DNA from: Felis catus
Taxonomy: Eukaryota
NCBI RefSeq assembly: GCF_018350175.1
Contig: NC_058386.1
Location: forward strand, 14,384,001-14,448,000
DNA length: 64,000 nt
Direction: 5' to 3'
Below are positions 48,830-61,533 of this stretch, one piece after another. A program made the position numbers and the translations under genes. Each line of letters begins with the position of its first letter. The first letter of the stretch is position 1. A model generated the notes under the pieces. The model was given only the letters and a program-made list of their open reading frames with translations, ran no database searches and was not told where the DNA came from.

Positions 48830-49780
48830 ATAATATGCACAGACAATATGGGCTCCAGAACCAGACAGGGCTGAGTGTGAACCTTGGAGCCTAGCTCCAT
48901 GACCAAAGGCAAGTCACTTTGCCTCTCTGAGCCTCAGGTTCCTTCCATACATCATCTTCTATGCTCTTTTCTCTTCCAGCTTGATGTAGACAACCTCAGT
49001 GACTTTGAAAGTCATTGTAAGGAGACATAAAGAAGCTTGCATTCCTGAATCCCCGCTTGGAATAGCTGATTTTTGCTTTACATGTGTAAGTACTCCATTA
49101 TATGTGAGCCATAATGCCCACATGACTCTGCTTATTATAACAGTTAGCATTACCTTAACTAATGCACTCTTATGATTTTCCCCATCATATCGATGAGGAA
49201 CCTACAGCTTAAAGAGGTTAAGCTGCTTGTGCAACCTGACACAGCTATTAAGTGGTGGCTGTCAGTTATGTATCCAAAGAGTCTGGCTCCAGAGCCTCTG
49301 ATCTTAAACATCACACTGCTCTGGTGCTCATTAGCAGTAGTGTCAATCTTATAGGGTGGTTGGTTGTGTGGATTAAATGAACTAATGTTTATTGTCCTTG
49401 GCACAATGCCTGCCATAGAGGACACAGTAAACACAAATTGCAGATGTACGATGCTGTTCCCATGTAATATGTAATAGAATATGATGTCCTCTGAGGTCTG
49501 GAATAGTGGGGAAAAAGACACGCAGCCTCAGAAAGACTTCTGATGACAATTTTGTGTTGAGATCATTTTAGATCATACCAACAGCCCTAAGAAGTGTGCC
49601 AAGTGCTTCTTTCTCATACATGATTTCACTTTATCTTCACAGCCACCCTGTGGGGTGTGGAGAGTAGGTCATGTCATCCCGAACTATTAATGTGGATTCT
49701 GAGGGAAGATTCTGAGGGGAGACTGATGTGCTTAGGTTCAGAGCCTGGATTTGGACCAGTGTTTCCCATTTCTCACTTGC
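48830..49780. mobile_element. Cluster of MIR fragments in both orientations
   Basis: ggcaagtcactttgcctctctgagcctcag (+); gatgaggaacctacagcttaaagaggttaag (-); ggattaaatga...gcacaatgcctg (+); tgtgccaagtgct (-). Confidence 0.75.
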
Positions 49781-49847
49781 AGCTTCTTAGTCCTAAAAGG
49801 ACTTGAAACAGGGAACCAGACCAGTGTGAGGCAACCTTCTTATGTCC

Positions 49848-50250
49848 TAGATCCATCTGTCTGATAGAAATATTATGCAGGCAACAAGTGTAATTGTAAA
49901 TTTCCAGGTGCCTCATTTAAAAGGCGGGAAGTAACTAGGTGAAGTTAATTAAAACAATATACTTTATTTGGGGCACCTGGCTGGCTCAGTTGGTGCAGCA
50001 AGCGACCCTTGAGCCCCACGCTGGGCATAGAGATTACTTAAAAGCAAACAAACAAAAAATAATATACATTATTTGGCCAAAAATATTTTAATTTCCACAT
50101 GTAATTAATATTAAAATATTAATAAGATCTTTTATCTTTTTTATGAAGTCTTCAAAGTTTGGATATATATTTTACGGTTACACCACATCTCAATCTAGAC
50201 TGGCCACATTTCAAGGGCTCAGTAAGCTACTGTGGCTAGTGTCACAGGTC
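49848..50250. mobile_element. MER33-like element with nested short CAN-SINE (49969-50060 +)
   Basis: tgtctgatagaaatattatgc...catctcaatctagactggccacatttcaag; SINE head ggggcacctggctggctcag. Confidence 0.85.
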
Positions 50251-51141
50251 TAGAACTAATGCCTTCCCTGCAGCTGTCTTAGGATAAAGCCTTGGACAGC
50301 CTCCCAAGGAAAATGGCAAAACTTACTCTTTACTCATTGAAAGTCTAATTATATGCCTTTAAATAGGAAATACTGTGTGAAACAGAGCAGTGTATTTTAG
50401 AAGATTACAGACATGCTTAAGTTCCAAAGCTAAGAAATATATTCAGCATTAGGGAACCTCGTGCATGGGGTGCTCTTCCCAACTAACAAGACTATTTGCA
50501 GAACTCACAATGGAGAATGACCCAAGTATCAGCTTAGGTGATTTTAATGAATAGCACAGATGATAGAAGCAGAGAAATGTGCTAAAGCTGAACCATATAG
50601 GGCTTTCACTTTTTAATTAGCATTTCTTCATATTCTATCCACCCACTTTTTCTTGGCTGCTTTTGGGAATGCACAATTACACACGAGTTTCCTACATGCC
50701 AATAATGGCAGGCAGGAATCACTGTTTTTTGGATTTAGTAAGTCACCTTAGGAGGAGTGCCCATTATGGAACTCTGCTTCTCACATTTTCATTTTAAGTA
50801 TTTGCAAGAACTGGTAGCTAAAACAGTCCTGGTTTACTGTGTTTATATGCATATCAAGAAAACAGAAGACCTAATTTCAAAGTCCTTTTTGGGCTACATG
50901 ACTTACAACTTACAGTGGTTTGTATCTGAGTCATAGCAGTAAATTCCCCCAAAGCCTGACCTTGTGATCTTAGAATATGTTTTTACCACCATGCTTCATT
51001 TATCCAGCATTGTTGAAGATGAAGTTTTCCTTATATGTGAATTATCCAGGTAACTGAAATGTGTTGATAAATTCCAATATATACAAGTATTTTTGAGGGA
51101 AGTCTTTCTAAAATGTGGCCTACAGCACCCCCTCCATACTT

Positions 51142-51395
51142 TCTTTTAAATTTGAGATAGAGCAAGCACATGAACGAGGGAGAGAGGGGGAGGGGGAAGG
51201 GGAGAGGAAGGGGAGAGGGAGGGGGGAGGAGAGGGGGGAAAGAGAGAGAGAGAGAGAGAGGAAGAGAGAGAATCTTAAGCAGGCTCCACGCTCAGTATGG
51301 AGCCTGATGCAGGGCTCTATCCTACAACCCTGGAATCATGACCTGAGCCTAAATCAAGAGTCGGACACTCAACTGACTGAGCCACCTAGGCGTTC
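51142..51395 (-). mobile_element. CAN-SINE with expanded G/A-rich linker
   Basis: gaatcttaagcaggctccacgctcag...gagccacctaggcg; (GGGGA)n(GA)n tract. Confidence 0.93.
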
Positions 51396-52267
51396 CTCCC
51401 ACCCGTAAACAGACTATTCAAAGCATATTTCTTATTTCATGACTTAGGGTCATTGTTTATATCTGCTGGGGCATGCACATTTAGAGATTACTGAGTCATA
51501 CGGTGTTCTTAGAATGTATAATTATTTCAATATGATAAGATTTTAGCGTACGTATTTTGAAAGCATTTTAATGACTCCAGTCACCTCATGATGTAAGTGT
51601 ATCCCATTTTACAGACAATTGAGCCTTAAAGAAGTGAAAACACTCACCCATCAAGTCTCTAGCTACCAGATTTCTACATAGCTCTAGATAAAGTTGTATT
51701 AACTTTGGTAGCTGTTTCTTTTTTCCTTTCCATAGCTCAGACTCCTGCTTTTTGCTAACTCATGTATATTACTGCTACAAAGCTCCTGATTTATTTTGTA
51801 CCTAATTATCTGAGAGAAGGCTTGAGGATCTGTCCTCCTTTTCTAAAACCCTACGACAGCTTTTTACCACTTGAGGGACATTTTGCACACTCCAAGGTTT
51901 GGAGTTCTCTCCTAGATAACTGAGGCTGTGAAAAGCTGAACACTAGAAGATGACCCTGAACATTCTCTCCTCCCAGAAGACTCTTTTGGCATGAATGGCA
52001 TATTCCAAGTAAAAAAACTTGACTAGAGAGAGGAAAATACCTGACAAAAGTGTCAAATAAATGTGTGTAGAGCTGGTGGGGTCTGCACCACACATTCAAT
52101 GGCTCAGGAACCCACAGTGCAATGACAAACCCACAGAAGGCAAGTCCTGTTGGCAACTGAGCCACAGAATGAACTATGCCAGGAGTAACCACAGGCTGGA
52201 TTCAGCATCAAACTCACATCTGTAAGTGCCAGATTTCCCTGGCTGGGCACTCCTCATCAGGGGAACA

Positions 52268-52856
52268 TTGCATCACAGCAAATCTAAGATGCCAATGATT
52301 GTAAGATACACTATTATTTCATGACCATCAAGAAATAAAAACACTCCCAACTACACTATGCCACAATACTTCTTGAGCACTTACAATTTGTAGTTTATGT
52401 TTATTGAATGACCCATTTTGACTTAATTGATATGGAATTTTTTAATGTGCTACTCTAGAACATACATTAAAAAGTCAGAGCCTGAGGATTCTGAACCAAT
52501 TGCCAACTCAAAATCAAAGATACCCATGCCTTTCCACAGAGAACGACAAAGGAGGGCAGATCCTCTGTGTCATGAAAAGAGTTGTTGACACAGTTGGTCA
52601 TAACAGTGTGCTCCACTGTCATCTCTGGGGTTTTCTTCCAAGCTGCTGATGCCCATTCTACAAGTTCAGATGTTTGTGTGCTTTCTAGATTTTTACTTGG
52701 GGGAAGCACAGAAGGTTTTCAGTCCAAGTTTGCATATGGGCAGACAGTGCCCATGGCTTGGCTGACAAGAAAGATAGGCCTCATCGACTAGATGTGTCTG
52801 GATTTCAGAGATGCTAAAATGTGAAGAAAGTATCTGCTAGAATTGATGAATTCAGT
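52268..52856 (-). mobile_element. Kanga/Tc2-type TcMar element with transposase C-terminal remnant
   Basis: Ends tctaagatgccaatgattgtaagat / gatttcagagatgctaaaatgtgaa; minus frame SELVEWASAAWKKTPEMTVEH..CVNNSFHDTED resembles pogo/Tc2 DDE C-terminus. Confidence 0.8.
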
Positions 52857-53133
52857 AGGTCTGGAATATGTAGATCTCTATATGCTTGTTATTAAAATCT
52901 CATTAGAAGAATCAGAGGTCTTTTTTTTTTTTTGCCTTTTATAAATAGTAAATAGGTATAATTGGACATGTCCTCATAAGGTCTAAGTTGTTTTTTATTT
53001 TGTTTTGATCTCGTTGAAAACATGTGGATGCAAGCTTGAGAAACATGCTTTCTCTTGAGTGGAATGAGAAAGATGGTTAAAAGTTAGCAGTTTTCCCCTA
53101 AATCGCTAAGTAATTTCCCCAGCCTGTGACATA

Positions 53134-53670
53134 CAGTTGAGCCTTGAACAACACAGGTTTCAAATGCTCGGGTCCATGTACTATGCAGATTTTTTTTTTC
53201 AATAAATACAGGCCAGTACTGTAAATGTATTTTCTTCCTTTTTTTTAAGTTTATTTATTTTGAGAGACAGAAAGAGCATGAGTGGGGGAGGGGCAGAGAG
53301 AATCCCAAGCAGGCTCCATGCTGCCAACTGTGGAGCCCAATATGGGGCTCAAACTCATGAACTGTGAGATCATGACCTGAGTTGAACCAAGAGTCAGTTG
53401 CTTAACCAACTGAGCACCCAGGCACCTTGATTCCTTATGATTTTTTAAATAACGTTTTCTTTTCTTTTGCTTACTTTCTTGTGAGAATACAGTCCATAAC
53501 ACATATCATATACAAAATATGTGTTGATCGACTTCATGTCATTGGCAATGTTTCTGGTCAATAGTAGGTTATTAGTACTTAAGTTTTAGGGTACTCAAAA
53601 GTTTTGCGTGGATTTTCAACCCTGCAGAGGGCTCCTGTGCCCTTACCCCTGTGTTGTCCAAGCTTTACTG
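53134..53670. mobile_element. Tigger2a-like element with nested CAN-SINE (53238-53427 -)
   Basis: ta|cagttgagccttgaacaacac ... gtgttgtccaagctttactg|ta. Confidence 0.9.
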
Positions 53671-54870
53671 TATGTGACACAGTATTTCAGTCTAATTTTA
53701 CCCTGCTCAATAACTATTAGTCTCTCATTTGCCAGGATTCAGTAACACTCTCCACATTTCTGAGATATAGTGAAAGAAGAAATTGATATTTTTAAATAGC
53801 CTATTTAAAAAAATAGTCTGTGCATTTTTACAAAATATTTTCTAAGAACTCAAACTCGGAGATCTCAATATAAGGTTACAGTAACAATGAAAGGTTCAGA
53901 GGGGAAGGCTCTGTACACAAAGATAAATTTTTTCCGTTGAAATTTCACAAAAATGTATGTCACTTACCCTGTCACTGTGTGTCTGACCCCCAGCCTTAGG
54001 CTAAGAACAAACTATTTTTAAGTATTGGGAGGCAGGCACCCAATAAATCTCAACTTTAATTTTTATTTGCCGTTAAACTTTAAAATGATCAGGTTTCTCT
54101 CATGGACATACATGCTTCATCTTCTGGAAAGAAATCAGAAGCCTGAGATGCGTAAGAGAAGGCACAAGGAAATGAAAGGATCAAATGGAAACCAAGAATG
54201 TGCTCTCTTCCTACTAAAAAAGAAGCCCATGTTAGTGGGCTGTCAAATTGAACAGCTGATTTAAAGGGATACGAAACACTCTAAGGCAAACTCAGAACAG
54301 ATTTTCCCAGAGCACACATGGTTAATCTTCACCTAGGGATGGAAACCAGGGCAAGGTAGACACAAGCAGCCGCCTGGCCTTTGAAGTGCTGCGGAGGCCA
54401 GTATATTTCAGTCAGAAGCAAACACCCCTTCCTTCAGGTGCCGATTGGAGTTTATTAGCTGTGATTTTTATGAGATACTGAAAGAGGCTGAAATACTGCT
54501 GCATAGCCACAGAAATGTGTAGTGTGGGAGCCAAGAGTCATTACCAGTTGTTGAGAAGTTGACAATGGGGGCTTCCTGAAAGATTCTTGCAGTCTGTGTA
54601 GAAAGGTAACACAGAAGCCATTTTCCCTCTCGAAACTAAAAAGCTTCGCTTTTTTATAAGTCATGAATTATTTTTTGAGTGCAATTTTTTGATAATTGCA
54701 CATTATCCCTCCTTAGCAGGTCCACAGCTCCCAAAATACCTTCAGGACCTCTTGGGGGAGAAGGTGACATCTAAAGAGGTTAGTTTTCTAGGGGCACATT
54801 GTGCCTACCGTGGAAAGAAGGCAGAAGGAGTTTCATGATAAAGAAGTTTAATTAAAAAAAAAAAGAAGAA

Positions 54871-55065
54871 GGGGTGCCTGGGTGGCTCAGTCAGTTAAGT
54901 GTCTGACTTTTGATTTTAGCTAAGGTTATGATCTCACCGTTCACGGGATCGAGCCCTGTGTCAGACTCTGTGCTGACAGCATGGAGCCTGCTTGGGATTC
55001 TCTCTCTGCCCCTCCTCTGCTTATGTTCTCTCACTCTCTCAAAATAAATAAAATAAACTTAAAAA
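54871..55065 (+). mobile_element. CAN-SINE
   Basis: ggggtgcctgggtggctcag head, aaaataaataaaataaactt tail. Confidence 0.95.
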
Positions 55066-55433
55066 TAGTTTAATTTCATCCCATAAGCCTTGGACTGAAT
55101 TCCTAACAAGGGAGATAAAGCATTTACGGTCTTGGAAGGTTTAGAGCACACAGACTGATTTCTTGTCCGTTGCCTTTTCTCAATGAGGACATTTGTGTTA
55201 CAGGTGACAAGACAAAGCAGGTCTTTGGCTCTCATTCTTAGGCAGGATCAGGAATGGCCAGAGTATAGTGCATAATGATTGTATTATGCCCATTGTCACT
55301 AACACAAACCTTAAATTCACTTCCTCAGGAAAGGAAGGTGTGGCCTTTGGAGGAAAACAGATCCAAATTTAAATGTTGTCTCCACTTCATACTGGCCATA
55401 ATATTATGATAGATTTTCATATGTTATAGAGCC

Positions 55434-56130
55434 ATATCAGTTAGCCACTGCTGCATAACAAACCACATGAAAATTCAAGGGTTTAAAACAAAAGAGTTTA
55501 TTATCACTCAGGCATCTACAGACTAAGATTTGCCATATCTAAGAGCATCTGCTTTGGGCCAGGGAGATCTGCTTCTCACTGCAGGTCTAGGAGTTGCCTG
55601 AGGTGGTTTTGCTTCCTGTGTCCAGCACCCCCCCCCCCACCACTCCCCTTAACCAGCTGGCTGGCCAAGGTGCATTTTCCCCAGCTCAGCAGGAGAGGGG
55701 CAAGAGAAAAAGTGGAAACCTGTGTGGCCTGATAAGGCCTAGGCTTAGAACTGATTTGGGGCACCTGGGTGACTCAGTCGGTTAGTCATCCAACTCTTGC
55801 TTTCTGCTCAGGTCATGATCTCATGGTTTGTGGGATCAAGCCCCACATCAGGCTCTGCACTAACAGTATGGAGCCTGCTTGGGATTCCCTCTATCCCTCT
55901 CTCTCTCTGCCCCTCCCTGCTCGCGCGCTCTCTCTCTCTCTCTCAAAATAAATAAACCTAAAAATAAAAAAAAAAAAAAAAAAAAAAAGAACTGATTCAT
56001 ACCACTGCTGCTGACAATCCACTGGCCAAAGCAAGTCCCATAGCTAAGCTCAAAGTTAAGAGACCTTTAGAAGAAGTGCAAAGTCACGTGACACCAGATG
56101 TAGCTACAAAGGGAAGGTGAAAGGTGAGCC
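55434..56130 (-). mobile_element. MLT1-type MaLR LTR with nested CAN-SINE (55758-55989 +)
   Basis: atcagttagccactgctgcataacaaaccac...ctggccaaagcaagtccca; SINE TSD agaactgatt. Confidence 0.82.
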
Positions 56131-56134
56131 CTCT

Positions 56135-56695
56135 ACTTATTAGTCTTCTTTTTCAGAATTACCATGGTTTTTTTACTCATTTATATTTCACATAAAATTT
56201 AAAATAATTATGTTATCAATAATGTTCCATAGGAATTTTTTATTTAAAAAAATTTTTTTAATGTTTATTATTTATTTTTGAGAGAGACAGAAACAGAGAG
56301 ACAGAGCATGAAGGGGGAAGGGCAGAGAGAGAGACAGAGAGGGAGACACAGATTCAGAAGCAGGCTCCAAGCTCTGAGCTGTCAGCACAGAGCTCGATGC
56401 AGAACTCGAACCCATGAACCGTGAGATCGTGACCCAAGCTGAAGTCTGGACGCTTAACCGACTGACCAACCAGGTGCCCCTATAATGTCCCATAGGAATT
56501 TTGATTGGGATTGTGTTAAAGTTATCAATTAATTTGGGGGAAAATAATATTTCTATAATATTAAGTCTTCCCATTCAAGAACATAGAATGTCTCTATAAT
56601 TCAGTCAGGCCTTATTTTATGTCTCGCAGTGAAAACTATGTATTATTTCAAATCAGTCCTCTACACTTATGAATAAGAATAATTCCAGGTATTAT
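56135..56695 (-). mobile_element. Old L1 ORF2 fragment with nested CAN-SINE (56240-56480 -)
   Basis: Minus frame GRLNII..PKLIDNFNTIPIKIP; SINE TSD taatgt(t/c)ccataggaatttt. Confidence 0.85.
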
Positions 56696-56959
56696 TGATG
56701 AGAGTGACCTTAAGTTCCTTTCTGACCACAGAGCATTAGTTTCTGGCTGCGGATATTTTAATATTACCAACACAAACTGCTTAAAACTCATTCTCTCTCA
56801 TGACCATCCTAGATGATGAACTTCAGGTCTCTTTGAAATATACACAAACAAATAGGCATTTTTTTTTCATTATTCAACTGACAATTACCCACTTAAGAAC
56901 CAAATATCATCCATTTTAAAAACAAAGAAAATATGAAAACATAATTTAATTTTAATATC

Positions 56960-57170
56960 TTATTTGCAGAGCATTTTGGAGTTTACAAAGCACTTTTCAT
57001 ACAGTATCTAATTTGGTCCTCATTACAACCCTATAAAGGAAGCAGAGGTAAATACCATCTTGATTTTTCACATAACGGCAGTGAGACCCAGAAAAATTAA
57101 ATGACTTGCCTCAGGTCACAAGGCCAGTGCTAAAGAATTCAACATTTGGCTTATAGTCCTACACTCCCTC
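56960..57170 (-). mobile_element. MIR SINE
   Basis: gtttacaaagcacttttca...cctcattacaaccctataa...ttaaatgacttgcctcaggtcaca. Confidence 0.85.
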
Positions 57171-57356
57171 TTTCTTCTCTCCCAGTCTTCATTGAGTTCT
57201 TTGTCCTTTATCCTTGGCAACCAGAACTGCCACTCTGAGGAACTCTGAATTTAGAAGAGAACTGAACTCCTAGAGCAGACCCAAGCTTTCAGTTTACATG
57301 TAGAATTTTGTAGCTCTGGAACAATTCTTGCTCCATGTTTTAAAAGGAGGCAATGA

Positions 57357-57816
57357 CGGGCACCTGAGTGGCTGAGTTGGTTAAGTGTCCAACTTCGGCT
57401 CAGGTCATGATCTCACGGCTTGTGGGTTCGAGCCCCACATCAGGCTCTGTGCCGACAGCTCAGAGCCTGGAGTCTGCTTCGGATTCTGTGTCTCCCTCTC
57501 TCTGCCCCTCCCCCACTCGTGCTTTGTCTCTGTCTCAAAAATAAATAAACATTAAAAAATATTTTAAGGGGCGCCTAGGTGGCGCAGTCGGTTAAGTGTC
57601 CGACTTCAGCCAGGTCACGATCTCGCGGTCCGTGAGTTCGAGCCCCGCGTCAGGCTCTGGGCTGATAGCTCGGAGCCTGGAGCCTGTTTCCGATTCTGTG
57701 TCTCCCTCTCTCTCTGCCCCTCCCCCGTTCATGCTCTGTCTCTCTCTGTCCCAAAAATAAATAAAAAACGTTGAAAAAAAAATTTTTTTTTAATATTTTA
57801 AAAAATAAAATAATAA
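57357..57816 (+). mobile_element. CAN-SINE with young Felis-type SINE (57568-57790) in its tail
   Basis: Outer TSD taaaaggagg(c/t)aatga; inner copy has ggcgcagtcgg, ccaggtcacgatctcgcgg, aaacgttgaaaa diagnostics. Confidence 0.95.
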
Positions 57817-57839
57817 TAAAAGGAGGTAATGAGGTCTGG

Positions 57840-58075
57840 AGGAAATAACTCAGACTTTGGAGCTAGACAGACTTGTTTTCAACTCCCCACTCCATCCACT
57901 ACTGAGTCGCTTTGAGGCCTTGGGTAAGTTGCATAAGCCTTTGAGCCTCAGTTTCTTCATTTTTAAAATGGGATGAAAATACCTACTTTGCAAAAATACG
58001 GCATGAAATAGAGTTTATGTAAATAACATACCTGCAGGAGGCATCTGGCATTTGCTAAAAATGTGGCACAATAAG
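57840..58075 (+). mobile_element. MIR SINE
   Basis: cagactttggagctagacagac...ccttgggtaagtt...gagcctcagtttcttcatttttaaaatggg. Confidence 0.88.
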
Positions 58076-58717
58076 TGGATCCAAATACACATGGGTGTCA
58101 TTCAGGAATTTCAGCAGCAGGGTTGTTTTCTTTAACAAGAGATTTACACCTTATAAGCCCTAATAAAAGAAATCTGGACTCTTTCAGACAGTGTGGAAAG
58201 GAAAATGGATTTTCAATAAAGCATATCAACCAGGACTCTACCAAAAGTTTGCCACCTCTTCCAAATTCAGTTGATTCAGGTCCAAAATTTCCACATAAAA
58301 GAAAAATATCCATATTCATATTGCAGATGTTCCCATGTAATGACAAAATGGTGTCACAATTTTCTCAAATAGTTGAATATCTTAGATAATATGACTGTTT
58401 CATAGAGACTAACAAAACACATGGGGATGATCAGGCCCCCATGAGTGGAGGTTTGGGTAGAAGCAGTCAAGGGGGTTTCATTGCAATTTGCCTCAAGCCA
58501 CCTAGAAAGTATGCCACTGCAAAACTTCCTTCGCAGTGCACGTGCCGTGCCCCCACCCCATCTCCACCATACCTTCTTCTCCGCCTGTGTCTATCTAGAG
58601 AAAACCAGACCAGCAGGTTAACTGGCCACCGAGCAGATAAAACATTCACAAGAATGGTGAGTTTCTGGTTGTCACAGCTGGTCAGACATTTAGGCCTCAT
58701 GCTGGCATTGCTTACAT

Positions 58718-59005
58718 CTACATCAGTCCAAAAAAATATAACGCAAGCCACATAGAGAACTTAGAATTTTCTAGTTAACTGCATTAAAAGAGGTAAAAGG
58801 GAACGGGTAAAAATAATCTTAATAACGTAACTTATTTAGGTCACTTCAACATGAAATCAATACTAATGAGTTATTAATGAGATATTTTATATTATGTTTT
58901 CACACTAAGTCTGTGAAGGGTATGTTTGGTCCTCACAGCATACCTCAGCTCGGACTGGTCACATTTCAAGTGCTCAACAGCCAGCTATGGCTGCTGCATT
59001 TGACA
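58718..59005. mobile_element. MER33/MER3-like element
   Basis: gtccaaaaaaatataacgcaagccacata...ggtcacatttcaagtgctcaacagcc. Confidence 0.82.
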
Positions 59006-60419
59006 TGATACCACCGAATTGACCACTCCTGTGTGCAGCGAGGTGGCACATAGCACTCCTCCAGCCTTCTGGCACAAAAAGTCTGTATCAAGGTAAACAC
59101 AAGTGTAGAGCTTCAACAAGATCTTTGGTTCGCAGGACTACCATCTTTTTTTCTTTAAAAAGTGGCGGGGAGGGAACTAGCCTTTTCATATTGAAAGTGT
59201 GCCATTCCAACATGTTTTAGGGTTTTTCGTACTTGCAATGGACTTCCTCCAACTGGAAAAATTTGAAAAGAAATTTAGGGGACAGAACGAGTGTAACACA
59301 TCTACCTATTTTCAACCTACTTAGGGGCCTTCATATGTCTGAAAAATCCCAACTATTTCCATGACAACAGACATTATAATGACATCTACTTCTTGACAGG
59401 AAGTGAATTTATAAAGCCTGGATTTATTATCTGTGTATCATTTTTCGAGAAATGCATCTGAATAAGACAGGCAGACCACACTTTTATGAAATAATTCACA
59501 TAGTTGACTGTCAGTAGACTCGGGAACTTTGTAAAATACCGTGCTTTATATTCATAACACTATCATCCCACTAACTGTTCCTCACACCCAGTTAGATTCT
59601 GACAAATGAATAGCAGATATTTGTCACAAATCACATGCCATTTCTCACCTTTGCGTTTTACTGGCTTTACTGAATTACTTGTGTTTGGGGGCAGGCGACA
59701 TAAATTGCACAGGCCTCCCCTGCACTGTCGCAGGGCTTGTTAACCGCAGACGTGAGTGCTTGGTGGAAGAGGCACAGAGGGTCTGAAATCCAGCTCTGGT
59801 CTGCACACCAAGCCATGCACCCTGATATGGGCTGCTCTGTCCAGAGCAAGGCATGCCTTTTTCTAATTCATGGAGACAGCATACAGACTAGGAGCAGTTT
59901 GGGCCACCCACATCTCAGTGGCCTGTTTGGGAGATATCAGGGGTAAGTCAGAGAAGTGAGCAAAAGTCCAGGTCACTTCTTGCAAAGAAAAACAAAAGAA
60001 ATGCTTTTCATATAATATTTTGAAACATAAGTAAGGAATTGGTTCAAATGAAGGCAAAAGCGGCATTAAAATAATCCATAAGCTTTAAGATGGACCAAGT
60101 CCCTGTAAAGCAGAACTCTTCTCTATGGCATCTCTGCATCCCTGTTCACACAGACTGATGCAGACACAGCCAGTGTTGGGAACTCTATCAGGAGAGAGCC
60201 CCCATCTCACCTTTCTGACTGTTGCCCCTTCCCACAAAACACTAGCTCCCAGAACCTTGACCGTATGGTTCACTTCGAAATTCACAGCTGGCATGTAGTA
60301 GGAGCTCAGTAAACATTCATCAACCAGTTAGGCAACCGACAAGGCTCTTGCTTTTTGCTGAAATAGTTTGTGCTATTCACAGACATCTCTAAGTGTTCAT
60401 GTTGTACGACTGTAAGGTG

Positions 60420-60680
60420 TAATCATCATATTGTGGTTATTTTGCAAAAGAATCGTCATCTCTTAGAGATACATACTGAAGCATTTATTATTTGTAGATG
60501 AGGTGATGTGATCTCTTGGATGGCTTCAAAAGAATTCAGTGGGGGGCTGGCTGAGGATAGAGATGAGGCAAGATAGGCCATGAGTTGAAAACTGCTGAAG
60601 TTTGGTGATGGGGACATCAGAGTTCATTATACTATTCTCATTACTCTTGTATATCCTTGAAAAAAAAGGACCATAAAAGA
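60420..60680 (+). mobile_element. L1MC-type 3' end
   Basis: cttagagatacatactgaagcattt...ttggtgatgggacatcagagttcattatactattct. Confidence 0.8.
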
Positions 60681-60687
60681 ACTTATT

Positions 60688-61195
60688 ATTCACTCAGTAA
60701 CACTCACATATATTGAGCACCTAATATGCACGAGGTGCTAGAGATTTAGTGGTGAACATGAGACAAGTTTTCTGCCCACAGGGAACTTAGGTGTGGATGA
60801 AGGAGCCAGATGGCTGATAAACAAAGTAATTACACCATATGATTAATGCTAAGATGAAAATATGTGGGTGCCATGAGAGAAAATAAGTGGCAAGCAGTGG
60901 TTATTCATTTAGAGTGAATGGTCAAGGAAGGCCTCCAGATGAAGGCAACTATGAAGCTGAGTCCAGAAGGATGGGAAGGAACTAACTGCCCAACAGGTAA
61001 AGAAAGGGCCTTGCAGGCAAAGGGAAGAGGAAGAGCAAAGGCCCTAAGGCAGAAAGAGCCTGGCGGGTTTAGGCACTCTTAGAACCAAGCGAGGTAGGAA
61101 AGAATGGCATGAGGTTTGATTAGAGTAGCAAATAGGGACCAGATCTTAGAGAGTCTTGTGGCCCATTGTTAGGAGGGGGGCTTTATTCAAATTTT
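60688..61195 (-). mobile_element. L2 3' portion
   Basis: tattgagcacctaatatg...gtggtgaacatgagaca...ggtcaaggaaggcctc...gcaaaggccctaaggcagaaagag. Confidence 0.85.
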
Positions 61196-61199
61196 CAGA

Positions 61200-61533
61200 A
61201 AATTACTCTTCCTGTCCAGTGTAAAACTGCATCTCTGTACTGTGTGGCCATGTGACTTCCTTTGATTGACAGAACATGAACAGAAGGGAAGTGTACCATT
61301 TTGGGGGTAGAAGCTTAGGAGCAAGCACATGCTTTGCCATATTCTCTTTTCCCTCTACTGCCATCACTTGCATGGTGACTGCCTCTTCAGCCTCAAGCCA
61401 GTAATGACAAGAAACAGAGCCTCAACTGACCCCTGATGGCATAAATCAGAAATAAACTTTTGCTATTTTATGCCAATAACATTTGAGGGATTTTTGTTCT
61501 TATAGCATAACCTATCCTATCCTGATTGAGACA
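61200..61533 (+). mobile_element. MLT1I/J-like MaLR LTR
   Basis: tgtggccatgtgacttcctttgattga...agaaataaacttttgctatttta...tagcataacctatcctatcctgattgagaca. Confidence 0.8.

Noticed and set aside
59033-59050. CTCF-like motif (also ~28180, ~46225)
   Set aside because: Mismatch at conserved 5' core positions; expected by chance
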